Assembly: GCA_965198065.1 (NCBI GenBank) | Contig: CBDAON010000004.1 | Span: 32,001-96,000, forward strand | DNA length: 64,000 bases | Direction: 5' to 3' | From: Longimicrobiales bacterium | Lineage (GTDB): Bacteria; Gemmatimonadota; Gemmatimonadetes; Longimicrobiales; Gaopeijiaceae | Part shown: positions 1 through 9,465 of the stretch, piece by piece | Layout: the number at the start of each line of letters is the position of its first letter | Numbering within the stretch: the stretch's first letter is position 1 | Program-made: the position numbers and the translations under genes | Notes under the pieces: generated by a model | Told to the model about the DNA's origin: nothing | Database searches by the model: none | Seen by the model: only the letters and a program-made list of their open reading frames with translations

Positions 1-495
1 CCGGAGGCGCCGGTCGGGCACTGCGTGCACAACATTGCCATGCACCCGAGCCGCCCGAATACCCTGTTCATGCAAAAGCACTGGGACGTCTGCCGCTCCG
101 ACGACGCCGGGGCGAACTGGCGAAAGGTGAGCGGGAACCTCCCCACGGACTTCGGCTTTCCGATCGGGGTCCACCCGCACGAGCCGGAGACGATCTACGT
201 GGTTCCGATTGTCAGCGATGCTCACCATTTCCCGCCGAACGGCCGGCTCCGTGTGTACCGGAGCCGGACCGGGGGGGAGGAGTGGGAGCCGCTCTCGAAG
301 GGGCTTCCCCAGCGGAACTGCTACGTGAACGTCCTCCGTGACGCGATGTCCGTGGATCGGATGTCAGACGCGGGAATTTACTTCGGCACCACGGGGGGGC
401 AGGTCTTCGCCTCGGCCGACGGCGGCGACTCGTGGAAGGCGCTCGCGAAGCACCTTCCGGCAGTCTATTCGGTCGAGGTCCAGACGATCCAGTGA
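1..495 (+). CDS. BNR/Asp-box repeat beta-propeller protein (sialidase/VPS10-like), 5'-truncated by the window edge
   Basis: Repeated Asp-box motifs [24 protein letters not shown]; frame is open back to base 1. Confidence 0.85.
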   Translation, partial: PEAPVGHCVHNIAMHPSRPNTLFMQKHWDVCRSDDAGANWRKVSGNLPTDFGFPIGVHPHEPETIYVVPIVSDAHHFPPNGRLRVYRSRTGGEEWEPLSKGLPQRNCYVNVLRDAMSVDRMSDAGIYFGTTGGQVFASADGGDSWKALAKHLPAVYSVEVQTIQ

Positions 496-806
496 GCAGG
501 ATTCGGGTCGAGCTCCCCGCTCACCTGCGGAGCCTGGCTCGGGTCGGTGGGGATGTGACCGTGGAGGCCGGGGCGTTGCCGACGATCGAGAGCGTCCTGG
601 CCGGGCTCGAAGCGGCCTATCCGGTCTTAAAGGGCACGATCCGGGACCACGGGCGCGGAGATCGCCGCGCGTTCATGCGGTACTTCGCCTGCGGCCACGA
701 TCTCTCGCACGAGCCCCCCGACACGCGCCTCCCCGACGCCGTGGTGTCGGGCGAAGAGGCTTTCACGGTGATCGGAGCCATCGCCGGAGGCCGGCGGCAG
801 GCGTAA
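492..806 (+). CDS. MoaD/ThiS ubiquitin-like sulfur-carrier family protein
   Basis: GTG at 492 overlaps the upstream [15 protein letters not shown]-terminus and IGAIAGG near the C-terminus, followed by RRQA. Confidence 0.8.
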   Translation: MSRIRVELPAHLRSLARVGGDVTVEAGALPTIESVLAGLEAAYPVLKGTIRDHGRGDRRAFMRYFACGHDLSHEPPDTRLPDAVVSGEEAFTVIGAIAGGRRQA

Positions 807-818
807 GAGGCCGGCGCG

Positions 819-1160
819 TCAACCGTCAACGGGTCCCGATCCGGGAGGCGGGGCCATCCCCACGAAGAGGACGAGCCGCTCGGGCCCCGCGTTCACGACC
901 CCGTGACGCGCGCCCGCCGGCGCCCAGACGATAGCGCCCGGCTTCGCCTCGAACCCCGTGTCCCCGACCGAGAATCGCCCCCGCCCCTCTTGAACGATGT
1001 AGAACTTGTCCTGGTCGTCGTGCGTGTGCTCTTCCTGAGCCTGGCCGGGCTCCAGGCAGTTCACCCCGACGAGGAGGCGCTGGCCCCGGAAGACGGTGCT
1101 CTTGAAGTGTCTTCCGTCGCGGGCTCCCACGTGGGCCCGGTAGTCCGCGAAGTAGTCCAT
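819..1160 (-). CDS. Cupin domain protein
   Basis: Cupin motifs HTHDDQDKFYIVQEG and APAGARHGVVN. Confidence 0.85.
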   Translation of the reverse strand: MDYFADYRAHVGARDGRHFKSTVFRGQRLLVGVNCLEPGQAQEEHTHDDQDKFYIVQEGRGRFSVGDTGFEAKPGAIVWAPAGARHGVVNAGPERLVLFVGMAPPPGSGPVDG

Positions 1161-1406
1161 GTGCTTCCTCGGTCGGCAGGTGAGGGGTCAGGAGTGCGGG
1201 GCGGCGTCAAATCTAGCCGGTTACACTAGGTTGGCGACCGCTCGGGGTCGCTGGCAGTGGGTGACTCACTACGGGAGGTGCCGCCCGCGGGTTGATCGCC
1301 GAGGGGGACGCGCTAGCTTCCCACCTTTCCCGGCGCGCAGGACGATGTGGCGGGTCGCTGAAGCCCCGGCGCACGCCCACCCGGCGCTTGGCCGGAGCCC
1401 CGTCCC

Positions 1407-2333
1407 GTGATACGAATCACGTTCCTCGGTACTTCCGCCTCGCGGCCGACCGTGGGTCGGAACGTGAGCGCGCTGGCGCTCCAGCGGGAGGGGGAGGTGT
1501 TCCTCCTCGACTGCGGGGAGGGCACGCAGCGCCAGATGATGCGCTTCGGCACGGGGTTTTCGGTCGAGCACATCTTCATCTCCCACCTCCACGCCGATCA
1601 CTTCCTGGGGGTGATCGGCCTCATTCGGACGATGGCCCTCCAGGGACGAACGGAGCCTCTCGTCCTCTACGCCCCCCTGGGCTCAAGGGATACCCTGGGG
1701 GAAGTCGTAAGGCTCGGGGGAGGAAAGCGGACACACTTCCCGATCGAGATCCGTGAGATGGAACCTGGTGATCGGCTGTCGGGGGTGGGGTACGACGTCG
1801 AGGCTCTCGTCGTGCGTCACGGAACGCCGGCCCTCGGCTTCGCCTTGCGCGAGCATCCACGTCCCGGGCGATTCGACGTGGAGAAGGCCCGCGCCCTCGG
1901 GGTCCCCGAGGGGCCGCTCTTCGGGAGGCTGCACGGAGGAGAAGCGATCGAAGTGAACGGCCGTAGCATCGAACCGGCTCAGGTCGTCGGACCGCCCCGC
2001 GCAGGGCGGCTCGTGGTCTACAGCGGGGACACCGCGCCCGCCCCCGAGGTGGTCGAGGCCGCGGCCGGGGCGGACATGTTGATCCACGACGCCACCTTCT
2101 CGGAAGAGGAGGTGGCGCGGGCGCGCGAGACGTTCCACAGCACGGCTAAGGGAGCGGCTGAGGTCGCGCGGGACGCGGGAGTCCACCGCCTCTACCTCAC
2201 GCACCTCTCGGCGCGCTACTCCGCGAACCCGCAGCCGCTCGAGCGCGAGGCCCGCGAGGTGTTCCCCGTGACCGAAGTGGCGTACGACGGGCTCGCTGTC
2301 GAGATCGGGTTCGAGTCGGACGGCGATTCGTGA
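1407..2333 (+). CDS. rnz: Ribonuclease Z
   Basis: FLGTS, DCGEGTQ, SHLHADH metallo-beta-lactamase motif, GVPEGPLFG flexible arm, HDATF, THLSARY. Confidence 0.95.
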   Translation: MIRITFLGTSASRPTVGRNVSALALQREGEVFLLDCGEGTQRQMMRFGTGFSVEHIFISHLHADHFLGVIGLIRTMALQGRTEPLVLYAPLGSRDTLGEVVRLGGGKRTHFPIEIREMEPGDRLSGVGYDVEALVVRHGTPALGFALREHPRPGRFDVEKARALGVPEGPLFGRLHGGEAIEVNGRSIEPAQVVGPPRAGRLVVYSGDTAPAPEVVEAAAGADMLIHDATFSEEEVARARETFHSTAKGAAEVARDAGVHRLYLTHLSARYSANPQPLEREAREVFPVTEVAYDGLAVEIGFESDGDS

Positions 2334-2385
2334 ACGCCGTCGCGCTGAGCGCCGTCAGGTGGGGTGCCCCGAAGGAGTGAGTGGT

Positions 2386-3222
2386 GTGAATACGGTCACG
2401 GTCGTGGGGCTCGGGCTCATGGGAGGCTCGCTCTGTCGGGCCCTCAAGGCCGAGGAACGCCCGCCGACGGTCCTCGGGGTGGATCCGGACGTGACCCGGG
2501 GTGCGCAAGCGGTGGAAGCGGGAGTTGTGGACGGGTTTTCGCCGGACGGAAGGGACGCGGTGGCCCGCGCGGACGTCGTCGTCTACGCAACCCCCCTCGG
2601 CGCGACCCTCGCCCTTCTCCGTGAGCAGGCGGCTTCCTGGAGCAGGGAAGCGCTCATCACGGACTTGGTGTCGCTCAAGGCGCCTCTACTGCGGGCCGCG
2701 GGCGCAGGCGGCTTCGCGGACCGATACGTGGGCGCCCACCCGATTTGCGGGGGGGAGGCTTCAGGGTTCGAGCACTCGCGGGAGGGGCTCTTCCGGGGCG
2801 CGAGGATCTGGCTGTGCGCGGGCAACGGAGTCACCGACGAAGGCAGGGAGCGAGGCCGGTCGTTCTGGGCGGGGGTCGGGGGCGACCCGGAGTGGATCGA
2901 GGCGCGTGCGCACGACGAGATGATGGCGTGGGTATCCCACCTCCCCCAGCTCGTGTCGAACGCCCTGGCCGGTGCGCTGGATTCCGCGGGGATCGACCCG
3001 TCCCGGCTGGGACCCGGGGGTCGGGACATGACGCGGCTCGCCGGCTCGAGCCCCAACCTGTGGAAGGATCTCCTGGAGGCCTCCGCTCCCGTGACCGGGG
3101 TCGGCCTCACATCCGTCGCCAAGGCCCTGAACGTGCTCGCTGACCTCCTGGCCAGAAGGGACGTCGATCGGATCGCAGAGTTCATGGAGCGCACCCGCCA
3201 GTGGCGAGAGGGAGGAGCGTGA
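2386..3222 (+). CDS. tyrA: Prephenate/arogenate dehydrogenase
   Basis: GLGLMGGS Rossmann motif, HPICG, HDEMMAWVSHLP, RDMTRLAGS; GAAGGAG before GTG at 2386. Confidence 0.9.
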   Translation: MNTVTVVGLGLMGGSLCRALKAEERPPTVLGVDPDVTRGAQAVEAGVVDGFSPDGRDAVARADVVVYATPLGATLALLREQAASWSREALITDLVSLKAPLLRAAGAGGFADRYVGAHPICGGEASGFEHSREGLFRGARIWLCAGNGVTDEGRERGRSFWAGVGGDPEWIEARAHDEMMAWVSHLPQLVSNALAGALDSAGIDPSRLGPGGRDMTRLAGSSPNLWKDLLEASAPVTGVGLTSVAKALNVLADLLARRDVDRIAEFMERTRQWREGGA

Positions 3223-4568
3223 TCACGGTTCCGGGCGACAAGTCAATCAGCCATCGAGCCCTCCTTCTGGGCGCGGTCGCGTCGGGCGAGAGCCGTATCC
3301 GCGGAGTCCTCTCCGGGGAGGACTGCCAGAGTACGGCCTCCGTGCTCCGGAGGCTGGGCGCGCCCGTCCCGACCGTTCCCGGAGACGGATCGGAGATGCG
3401 GCTTCCCGGAGTTGGGCTTAGCGGGCTCCTCGCTCCCGACACCGAGCTCGATTGCGGGAACTCCGGGACGACCGCGCGGCTCCTCCTGGGCCTTCTTTCC
3501 GGGCTCCCGATCGAAGCCACGATCGTGGGGGACCCCTCACTAAGCTCCAGGCCGATGCGACGGGTGACCGAGCCGCTCGCCAGGGTTGGAGCGCGCTTCC
3601 AGGAACTGGGTGGGGAGGGGCAGCTCCCCCTCCGGGTGACGGGCGGAGCGCTCCGCCCCATCGTGCACGTGTCGCCTGCGGCGACCGCCCAGGTGAAGAG
3701 CGCTCTGCTCCTCGCGGGGGTGACGGGCGGAGTCGCTGTCCAGGTGACCGAGCCCAGCCCCTCCCGCGATCACACGGAGCGAATGCTCCGAAGGATGGGC
3801 GTCCGGGTGGACTCGGGGCCGGGGCCGGAGGGATGGACTGTCCGGCTCGTCGAGGCGCCCGAGAGCCTCCGCTCCCTGGACCTCCAGGTGCCGGGCGACT
3901 TCTCGTCCGCGGCCTTCCTCGTGGCGCTGGGCCTCCTGGGGGGCGCGGGGGACGGGCTCCGGATCGAGAACGTCGGTTTGAACCCCACCCGCATCGGGCT
4001 CCTGGACCTGCTCCGGGAGATGGGCGCCGACCTCGACGTCGAGAACCCGCGCGAGGCCACCGATCCGGCGGGAGAGCCCGCCGGTGATCTGGTCGTGCGG
4101 CGCTCGGAGCTCCGGGGCGCGTCCGTGGGCGGCGACATGATCCCGCGACTGATCGACGAGCTTCCCGTGCTGGCTGTGCTGGCAACCTGCGCGGAGGGCG
4201 TGACGGAGATCCGGGACGCCGCCGAGCTGAGAGTGAAGGAGTCGGACCGGATTCGCGCCATGGCCGCGAACCTGGGTCGGGTCGGCGCGCGGGTCGAGGA
4301 GCTCCCGGACGGTCTCCGGATCGAGGGCGGCGGTGGGCCCCTGGAGGGAAGGGTCCAGGCGTTAGGCGACCACCGAGTCGCCATGTCCTTCGGCATCTTG
4401 GGTGCGCTCCCCGGCCAGCGGGTCACAGTTGACGACTCGGCGGCGGCAGCGGTCAGCTTCCCCGGATTCTGGAAGCTCCTGGACGAGCTCCGGTCGAGTG
4501 GTGCGGATCCGGTGTGCTCTAACGGGGGCCCGTTTCCGACGAAAGCGCCGGGAGGGGCCCCGGCGTGA
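3219..4568 (+). CDS. aroA: 3-phosphoshikimate 1-carboxyvinyltransferase (EPSP synthase)
   Basis: PGDKSISHR, DCGNSGTT, RVKESDR, DHRVAM motifs; GTGA overlap with the tyrA stop. Confidence 0.97.
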   Translation: MITVPGDKSISHRALLLGAVASGESRIRGVLSGEDCQSTASVLRRLGAPVPTVPGDGSEMRLPGVGLSGLLAPDTELDCGNSGTTARLLLGLLSGLPIEATIVGDPSLSSRPMRRVTEPLARVGARFQELGGEGQLPLRVTGGALRPIVHVSPAATAQVKSALLLAGVTGGVAVQVTEPSPSRDHTERMLRRMGVRVDSGPGPEGWTVRLVEAPESLRSLDLQVPGDFSSAAFLVALGLLGGAGDGLRIENVGLNPTRIGLLDLLREMGADLDVENPREATDPAGEPAGDLVVRRSELRGASVGGDMIPRLIDELPVLAVLATCAEGVTEIRDAAELRVKESDRIRAMAANLGRVGARVEELPDGLRIEGGGGPLEGRVQALGDHRVAMSFGILGALPGQRVTVDDSAAAAVSFPGFWKLLDELRSSGADPVCSNGGPFPTKAPGGAPA

Positions 4569-5287
4569 GCCTGGGCCGGGCGAGCGGCAGCCGACCCCCG
4601 GTCGTGACGATCGATGGGCCGGCGGGATCGGGGAAGTCCACGACCGCCGCCGCGGTAGCCGCGCGCCTGGGCTTGCGACACCTCGACTCTGGGGCTCTCT
4701 ATCGTGCCCTCACCGTGGCGTTCGTTCGACGTGGAGTCCCGGGGGAGCGGTGGCCCGAGATCGGGCCGGCCGCGGTCGCAGCCATCGACATCCGTCTCGA
4801 GCCCCGGCCCGGCGGCTTCGAGGTGCTGCTGGACGGGGCCACCCCCGGCCCGGAGCTTCGCGCGCTCGAGGTGACCGAGAAGGCCTCGCGACTCGCGAGG
4901 ATCCCGGCGGCACGTGCCCGGTTGCTCAGGCTCCAGCGGAGTGCTCCGGGGTTCGGGGGCGTGGTGGCGGAAGGCCGCGACATGGGCACGGTGGTCTTTC
5001 CAGAGGCGCCACTGAAAGTCTTCCTGACCGCCGACCTCGACACTAGGGCGGTCCGCAGGCTTCTCCAGGAGGGAAGGGAGGAGACGCCAGAGGCGATATC
5101 CAGAGCGGTCGCCCGGATCCGAGAACGCGACGCGAGGGATGAAGGCCGCGAGCTGGCCCCCCTCCGGACCCCCGCGGGGGCTCTCGTGATCGACACGACG
5201 AGCATCACGTTCGAAGGCCAGGTCGAGCGCATCACCAGGGATGCCTCTGAGGTCTTCGGGTTGACCGACGAATCCTCCACGGAATAG
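4565..5287 (+). CDS. cmk: Cytidylate kinase
   Basis: IDGPAGSGKST P-loop, DSGALYR, EGRDMGTVVFP; aroA-cmk-rpsA order. Confidence 0.95.
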   Translation: MSLGRASGSRPPVVTIDGPAGSGKSTTAAAVAARLGLRHLDSGALYRALTVAFVRRGVPGERWPEIGPAAVAAIDIRLEPRPGGFEVLLDGATPGPELRALEVTEKASRLARIPAARARLLRLQRSAPGFGGVVAEGRDMGTVVFPEAPLKVFLTADLDTRAVRRLLQEGREETPEAISRAVARIRERDARDEGRELAPLRTPAGALVIDTTSITFEGQVERITRDASEVFGLTDESSTE

Positions 5288-5290
5288 TTT
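5261..5290 (+). promoter_or_regulatory. Candidate sigma70 promoter for rpsA
   Basis: TTGACC-N18-TAGTTT ending about 155 nt upstream of the rpsA ATG. Confidence 0.4.
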
Positions 5291-5445
5291 CCGGGCTTGT
5301 AGCCGAGCGAGGTTCACGTCCCCCAGGACGACCCCGAGACCGCGGGCCCGGTACGCTTCCCCCGGGAAACGCCATGTCAGGGGCGTCCCTAGGCCCCCCG
5401 GCCGTCAGTCTCCGCGCCCCGGGGGAGAAGCGATCCCGATCCCCG

Positions 5446-7560
5446 ATGTCCAACCAGACCGCAGACCAGCCCGACCAATCCTCTCCTGTCGGCCTCTCTC
5501 CCGAGCTGTCGAGGGATCCGTACGGTGAGGAGCAGATGGATATCTCGCGCGACGACTTCGAGGCCATGCTCGATGAGTTCGGCGGGGAGATGCAGAATGC
5601 CCGGGAGGGCGAGATCGTGAAGGCGAAGGTCCTCTCCCTCACGGAAGGCTCCGTCATCTTGGAGTTCGGCTTCAAGAGCGAGGGATCCGTTCCCCTCGAC
5701 GAGTTCAAAGATCCTCAGGCGCTCTCGCCCGGAGACGAGGTCGAGGTGCTCCTCGAGAGCCTGGAGGACGATGACGGAGTCGTCGTCCTCTCCAAGCGTA
5801 AAGCGGACTTCCTCCGAGTGTGGGAGAAGATCAAGGAGGCTTACGAGAACGATCGCCCCGTGAAGGGCACGCTCGCCCGTAAGATCAAGGGCGGCGTGAC
5901 GGTGGACCTAATGGGGGTGGACGCCTTCCTGCCGGGCTCGCAGATCGCGCTTCGAAGAGTTCCACACATCGAGGATCTCCTCGGCGAGACGCACAGGTTC
6001 AAGATCATCAAGCTGAACAAGCGCAGGCGGAACATCGTGGTGTCCCGGCGCGTGATCTTGGAGGCGGAGCGCGAGAAGAAGCGGGAGAACCTGGTGAAGG
6101 AGCTTCTGGTGGGGCAGGTGCGCGAGGGGCTCGTGAAGAACATCACGGACTTCGGCGCCTTTATCGATCTGGGCGGGCTTGACGGGCTCCTCCACATCAC
6201 GGACATGTCGTGGGGTCGGGTGGGGCACCCGTCCGAGGTCGTTCAGATCGGGCAGGCGGTGGACGTGAAGCTCCTGGACATCGACTGGGACCGCGAGCGC
6301 ATCTCTCTCGGGCTCAAGCAACTCCTCCCCTACCCGTGGACGGACATCGACAAGAAGTATCCGGTGGGCTCGCGGGTCCGCGGGAAGGTCGTGTCCATCA
6401 CGAACTACGGGGCCTTCGTGGAGCTGGAGAAGGGCGTCGAGGGTCTCGTGCACATTTCCGAGATGTCCTGGACGCGGAACATCCGGCATCCGTCGAAGCT
6501 CGTCTCGATCGGGGACGAGATCGAGGCCGTGGTCCTCAAGGTGGACCCGAACGACGAGAAGATCTCGCTCGGGATGAAGCAGATCGAGGAAGATCCTTGG
6601 CTCTCCCTCCCCATGCGATACCCGACCGGGGAGATCCTCGCAGGCACGGTCAGGAACCTCACCTCGTTCGGTGCTTTCGTCGAGATCGAGCCTGGTATAG
6701 ACGGCCTCGTACACGTCTCGGACATGAGCTGGACGAAGCGGGTGGAGCATCCCTCGGAGGTGATCGAGGGGGCCGACGTCCAGGTCATGGTCCTGGACAT
6801 CGACTCGGAGCAGAAGCGGATCTCGCTCGGAATCAAGCAGCTCTCGGAGGACCCGTGGCCGGGAATCGCGGAGCGCTTCTCGCCAGGTGTCGAGTGGCAG
6901 GGGAAGGTCACGCGGCTGCAAGAGAAGGGCGTCGTAGTTGACCTCGGCGACGACATCGAGGGCTTCGTGCCCGCTTCTCACGCGGTGGTGGACGACGCCA
7001 GCCGCCTGGACGAGTATTACCGACCCGGGGAGCCGGTGGACCTTCGCGTGCTCGAGTCCGACGCGGCGAACCGGAGGATCGTCCTCGAGGTCACCTCGCA
7101 GCCGGAACATCAGCCGCGACCGGAAGGTGCGGAGGGTGCCCCCGAAGGGCAGGTAACGGCCGAAGAGACAACGGCGCCAGGTGAGGCGTCCACCGAAGCG
7201 CCGGGTGAAGTGCCCTCCGAAGCATCCGGTGAGGCGCCCACCGAAGCGTCAGGCGACGCATCCACCGAAGCGCCGGGTGAAGTGCCCTCCGAAGCATCGG
7301 GTGAGGCGCCCACCGAAGCGTCAGGCGAAGCATCCACCGAAGCCTCGGGCGAGGCGTCCACCGAAGCGCCGGGTGAAGTGCCTTCCGAAGCCTCGGGTGA
7401 GGTGCTCACCGAAGCGTCAGGCGAGCCGTCCACCGAAGCCTCGGGCGAGCCGTCCGCTGAAGCCTCGGGCGAGCGGTCCATCGAAAAGTCAGGCGAGCCG
7501 TCCACCGAAGCCTCCGCCGCGTCCCCTGAAGAGGGCGAGACCGCGTCGGACACGGGCTGA
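5446..7560 (+). CDS. rpsA: 30S ribosomal protein S1 with acidic repeat tail
   Basis: Tandem S1 domains (KNITDFGAFIDLGG, GLLHITDMSW, GLVHISEMSW); start chosen at MSNQTAD. Confidence 0.97.
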   Translation: MSNQTADQPDQSSPVGLSPELSRDPYGEEQMDISRDDFEAMLDEFGGEMQNAREGEIVKAKVLSLTEGSVILEFGFKSEGSVPLDEFKDPQALSPGDEVEVLLESLEDDDGVVVLSKRKADFLRVWEKIKEAYENDRPVKGTLARKIKGGVTVDLMGVDAFLPGSQIALRRVPHIEDLLGETHRFKIIKLNKRRRNIVVSRRVILEAEREKKRENLVKELLVGQVREGLVKNITDFGAFIDLGGLDGLLHITDMSWGRVGHPSEVVQIGQAVDVKLLDIDWDRERISLGLKQLLPYPWTDIDKKYPVGSRVRGKVVSITNYGAFVELEKGVEGLVHISEMSWTRNIRHPSKLVSIGDEIEAVVLKVDPNDEKISLGMKQIEEDPWLSLPMRYPTGEILAGTVRNLTSFGAFVEIEPGIDGLVHVSDMSWTKRVEHPSEVIEGADVQVMVLDIDSEQKRISLGIKQLSEDPWPGIAERFSPGVEWQGKVTRLQEKGVVVDLGDDIEGFVPASHAVVDDASRLDEYYRPGEPVDLRVLESDAANRRIVLEVTSQPEHQPRPEGAEGAPEGQVTAEETTAPGEASTEAPGEVPSEASGEAPTEASGDASTEAPGEVPSEASGEAPTEASGEASTEASGEASTEAPGEVPSEASGEVLTEASGEPSTEASGEPSAEASGERSIEKSGEPSTEASAASPEEGETASDTG
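7183..7518 (+). repeat. In-frame 24-bp tandem repeat, about 14 units, encoding ExxxE[AK][SP]G
   Basis: Units such as gaggcgtccaccgaagcgccgggt and gaagtgccctccgaagcatccggt; translation EASTEAPG-EVPSEASG-EAPTEASG... Confidence 0.92.
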
Positions 7561-7587
7561 GGGTCGCGTCGGCGGAGACGTCAGGGC

Positions 7588-9465
7588 GTGCGACACACGG
7601 CAGGCTTTCAGCGGAGTTCAGTAGGACGCCTCTCGGTTCCCCTGTGCGGCTGTGCGATCGCGCTGGCCGGATGTGCGCTGGCGGGAGGTAGTGCGCCTGG
7701 CGGCGCGACAGACACGTCCCTTCCGGACGCGCCCCCGATCCGCATTGGGCTTCGGACCGAAGCCGAGGCGCGCGCGGCCGTAACGCTGTTGACGGAGGGG
7801 GAGGAGCTTCTTCGCGAGGGAAGCTTCGCCGAGGCGAGGGAGCGGGCCGAGGCGGTCGAGCGGGACTATCCGGAAGCGACCGGCTCGAGCCTCGCCCTCT
7901 GGCTCGGAGCGCGCGCGGCGGCCCGGCTGGACGACTGGCCGGGGTCCCGATCATTCGTCGAGCGTTATCTGGAGGTCGTGGGCCCGGTTGGTCCCTATTA
8001 CGCCGCCGCCGTCCTTCTGCACGCCGAGGCCCTGTGGGAGACGGGAAGCAGAGACGCGCTCGACGCGCTCCTCGCGGTCCCGTCCGACGCAGGGGAGGAC
8101 GTGCTCGCCACGGGCGACTCGCTGGCGATCGCGCTCGGGCGCGGCATGGAGACATCGGAGCTCAGCGAGCTCATCGCCGGACCTTCCGGACACCCGAGAT
8201 TCTTCCCTTCGTTCGTGGCCGAGATGGGGGTCCGGAGGTACCTGGCCGGGGCCGAGGCCGAGGGGAGGGCGCTGGCGGAGCGGGCGCTCGCTATGGCGCC
8301 CGGGCCCAGCGTCGCCGCCCGGGCCCGAAGCGTCGTCGAGGGCAGGGTGGAGGAAGAGCTCCCTGTGTCGGCCCGGTTGGGTGCCATCCTTACGGGCTCG
8401 GGAGCCCCCACGTTCGTCCAGCTCTCGCAGGCGATCCGGGAGGGCGTGGAGTTGGCCCTGGCTGAGGTTGCGGGAGCGAGTCCCCTCAGCCTCGCGTCCG
8501 ACGCGGGAGACCCGGCCCGCGTGGCCCTGGCCATCCAGGGTTTCGAGCGGACGGGAGCCGTCGGGGTCGTGGGCCCGCTGGTGGATCCCCTCCTCGAGGC
8601 GGCCGCGCGTTCGCGGACCGGCCTGCTTCCCATCGTGTCCCCCACGGCCGCAACCGTCCCGGACGGGCTCGAGGGCGTTTTTTCCCTCGGCGGCGTCGAC
8701 CCCGAGGCGGGACGGGCGCTCGCGGCCCTCGTCTCGGCGGAGGGCATGCGGGACGTCGTGGTTCTCCACCCCTCGTCGGTGGACATGTTCGAGGAGGCCG
8801 GGTGGTTCCGGCAGGCCCTCGGGGGCGCGGGCGGGCCGTACGTACGTACGTTGACCTACCCTGTAGGCACGACCGGATTCGGGCCTTACCTCGAGGAAGT
8901 GATCAGGCTCATCCCGACCGAGCTGGTCCCGGTTGAGGTGACCCCCGATTCGACTGAGCTGGTCCGGACGGTGATGGCTCCGGCGGGGCTCGTCGTGCTG
9001 CTCTCTCCGGGGACGGACGACGTCGAGCTCTTGGCACCGCAGATCTCTTTTTACGGTGTGCGCGAGATCCAGGGCCTCCAGCTGTTCGGCAGCGAGAGCT
9101 GGACGGAGTCGGCCGTCCTGGAAGCAATCCAGCCGAGGCATACGGACGGCGTGCTCGCCGTGACGAGCTGGCCCCAGGAGGGCGAGTTCGGGCCGGCATG
9201 GCCCCGGTTCGTGGCCGCGTACGAGGGGCACTTCCAGCAGACGCTTCGCTCACCGACGGCAGCCCTCGGGTACGATGCCGCCCGCCTGCTACTCACCGCC
9301 GCGCGACTGGGTGGAGGCGTTCCTTCCGGGACGTTGCGCGCCCTGAGGGAGATCCGCGACTTCGCCGGCGCGACGGGCGTGCTCTCTGTGGTGGACGACC
9401 GCATCGTGCGCCGGCATTACCCCGTTCGGATCGAGAGCCGGCGGCTCGTTCCCCTTTTGCCCTGA
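7588..9465 (+). CDS. Lipoprotein, LpoA/LppC-like (TPR-like N-terminus plus type I periplasmic-binding fold)
   Basis: Lipobox LAGC; GVVGPL, ELLAPQISFY, ALGYDAARL, FAGATGVL motifs. Confidence 0.7.
   Translation: MRHTAGFQRSSVGRLSVPLCGCAIALAGCALAGGSAPGGATDTSLPDAPPIRIGLRTEAEARAAVTLLTEGEELLREGSFAEARERAEAVERDYPEATGSSLALWLGARAAARLDDWPGSRSFVERYLEVVGPVGPYYAAAVLLHAEALWETGSRDALDALLAVPSDAGEDVLATGDSLAIALGRGMETSELSELIAGPSGHPRFFPSFVAEMGVRRYLAGAEAEGRALAERALAMAPGPSVAARARSVVEGRVEEELPVSARLGAILTGSGAPTFVQLSQAIREGVELALAEVAGASPLSLASDAGDPARVALAIQGFERTGAVGVVGPLVDPLLEAAARSRTGLLPIVSPTAATVPDGLEGVFSLGGVDPEAGRALAALVSAEGMRDVVVLHPSSVDMFEEAGWFRQALGGAGGPYVRTLTYPVGTTGFGPYLEEVIRLIPTELVPVEVTPDSTELVRTVMAPAGLVVLLSPGTDDVELLAPQISFYGVREIQGLQLFGSESWTESAVLEAIQPRHTDGVLAVTSWPQEGEFGPAWPRFVAAYEGHFQQTLRSPTAALGYDAARLLLTAARLGGGVPSGTLRALREIRDFAGATGVLSVVDDRIVRRHYPVRIESRRLVPLLP

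Noticed and set aside
7183..7518. Possible CRISPR array
   Set aside because: Units are contiguous 24-mers without unique spacers, in frame within rpsA, and no cas genes are present.
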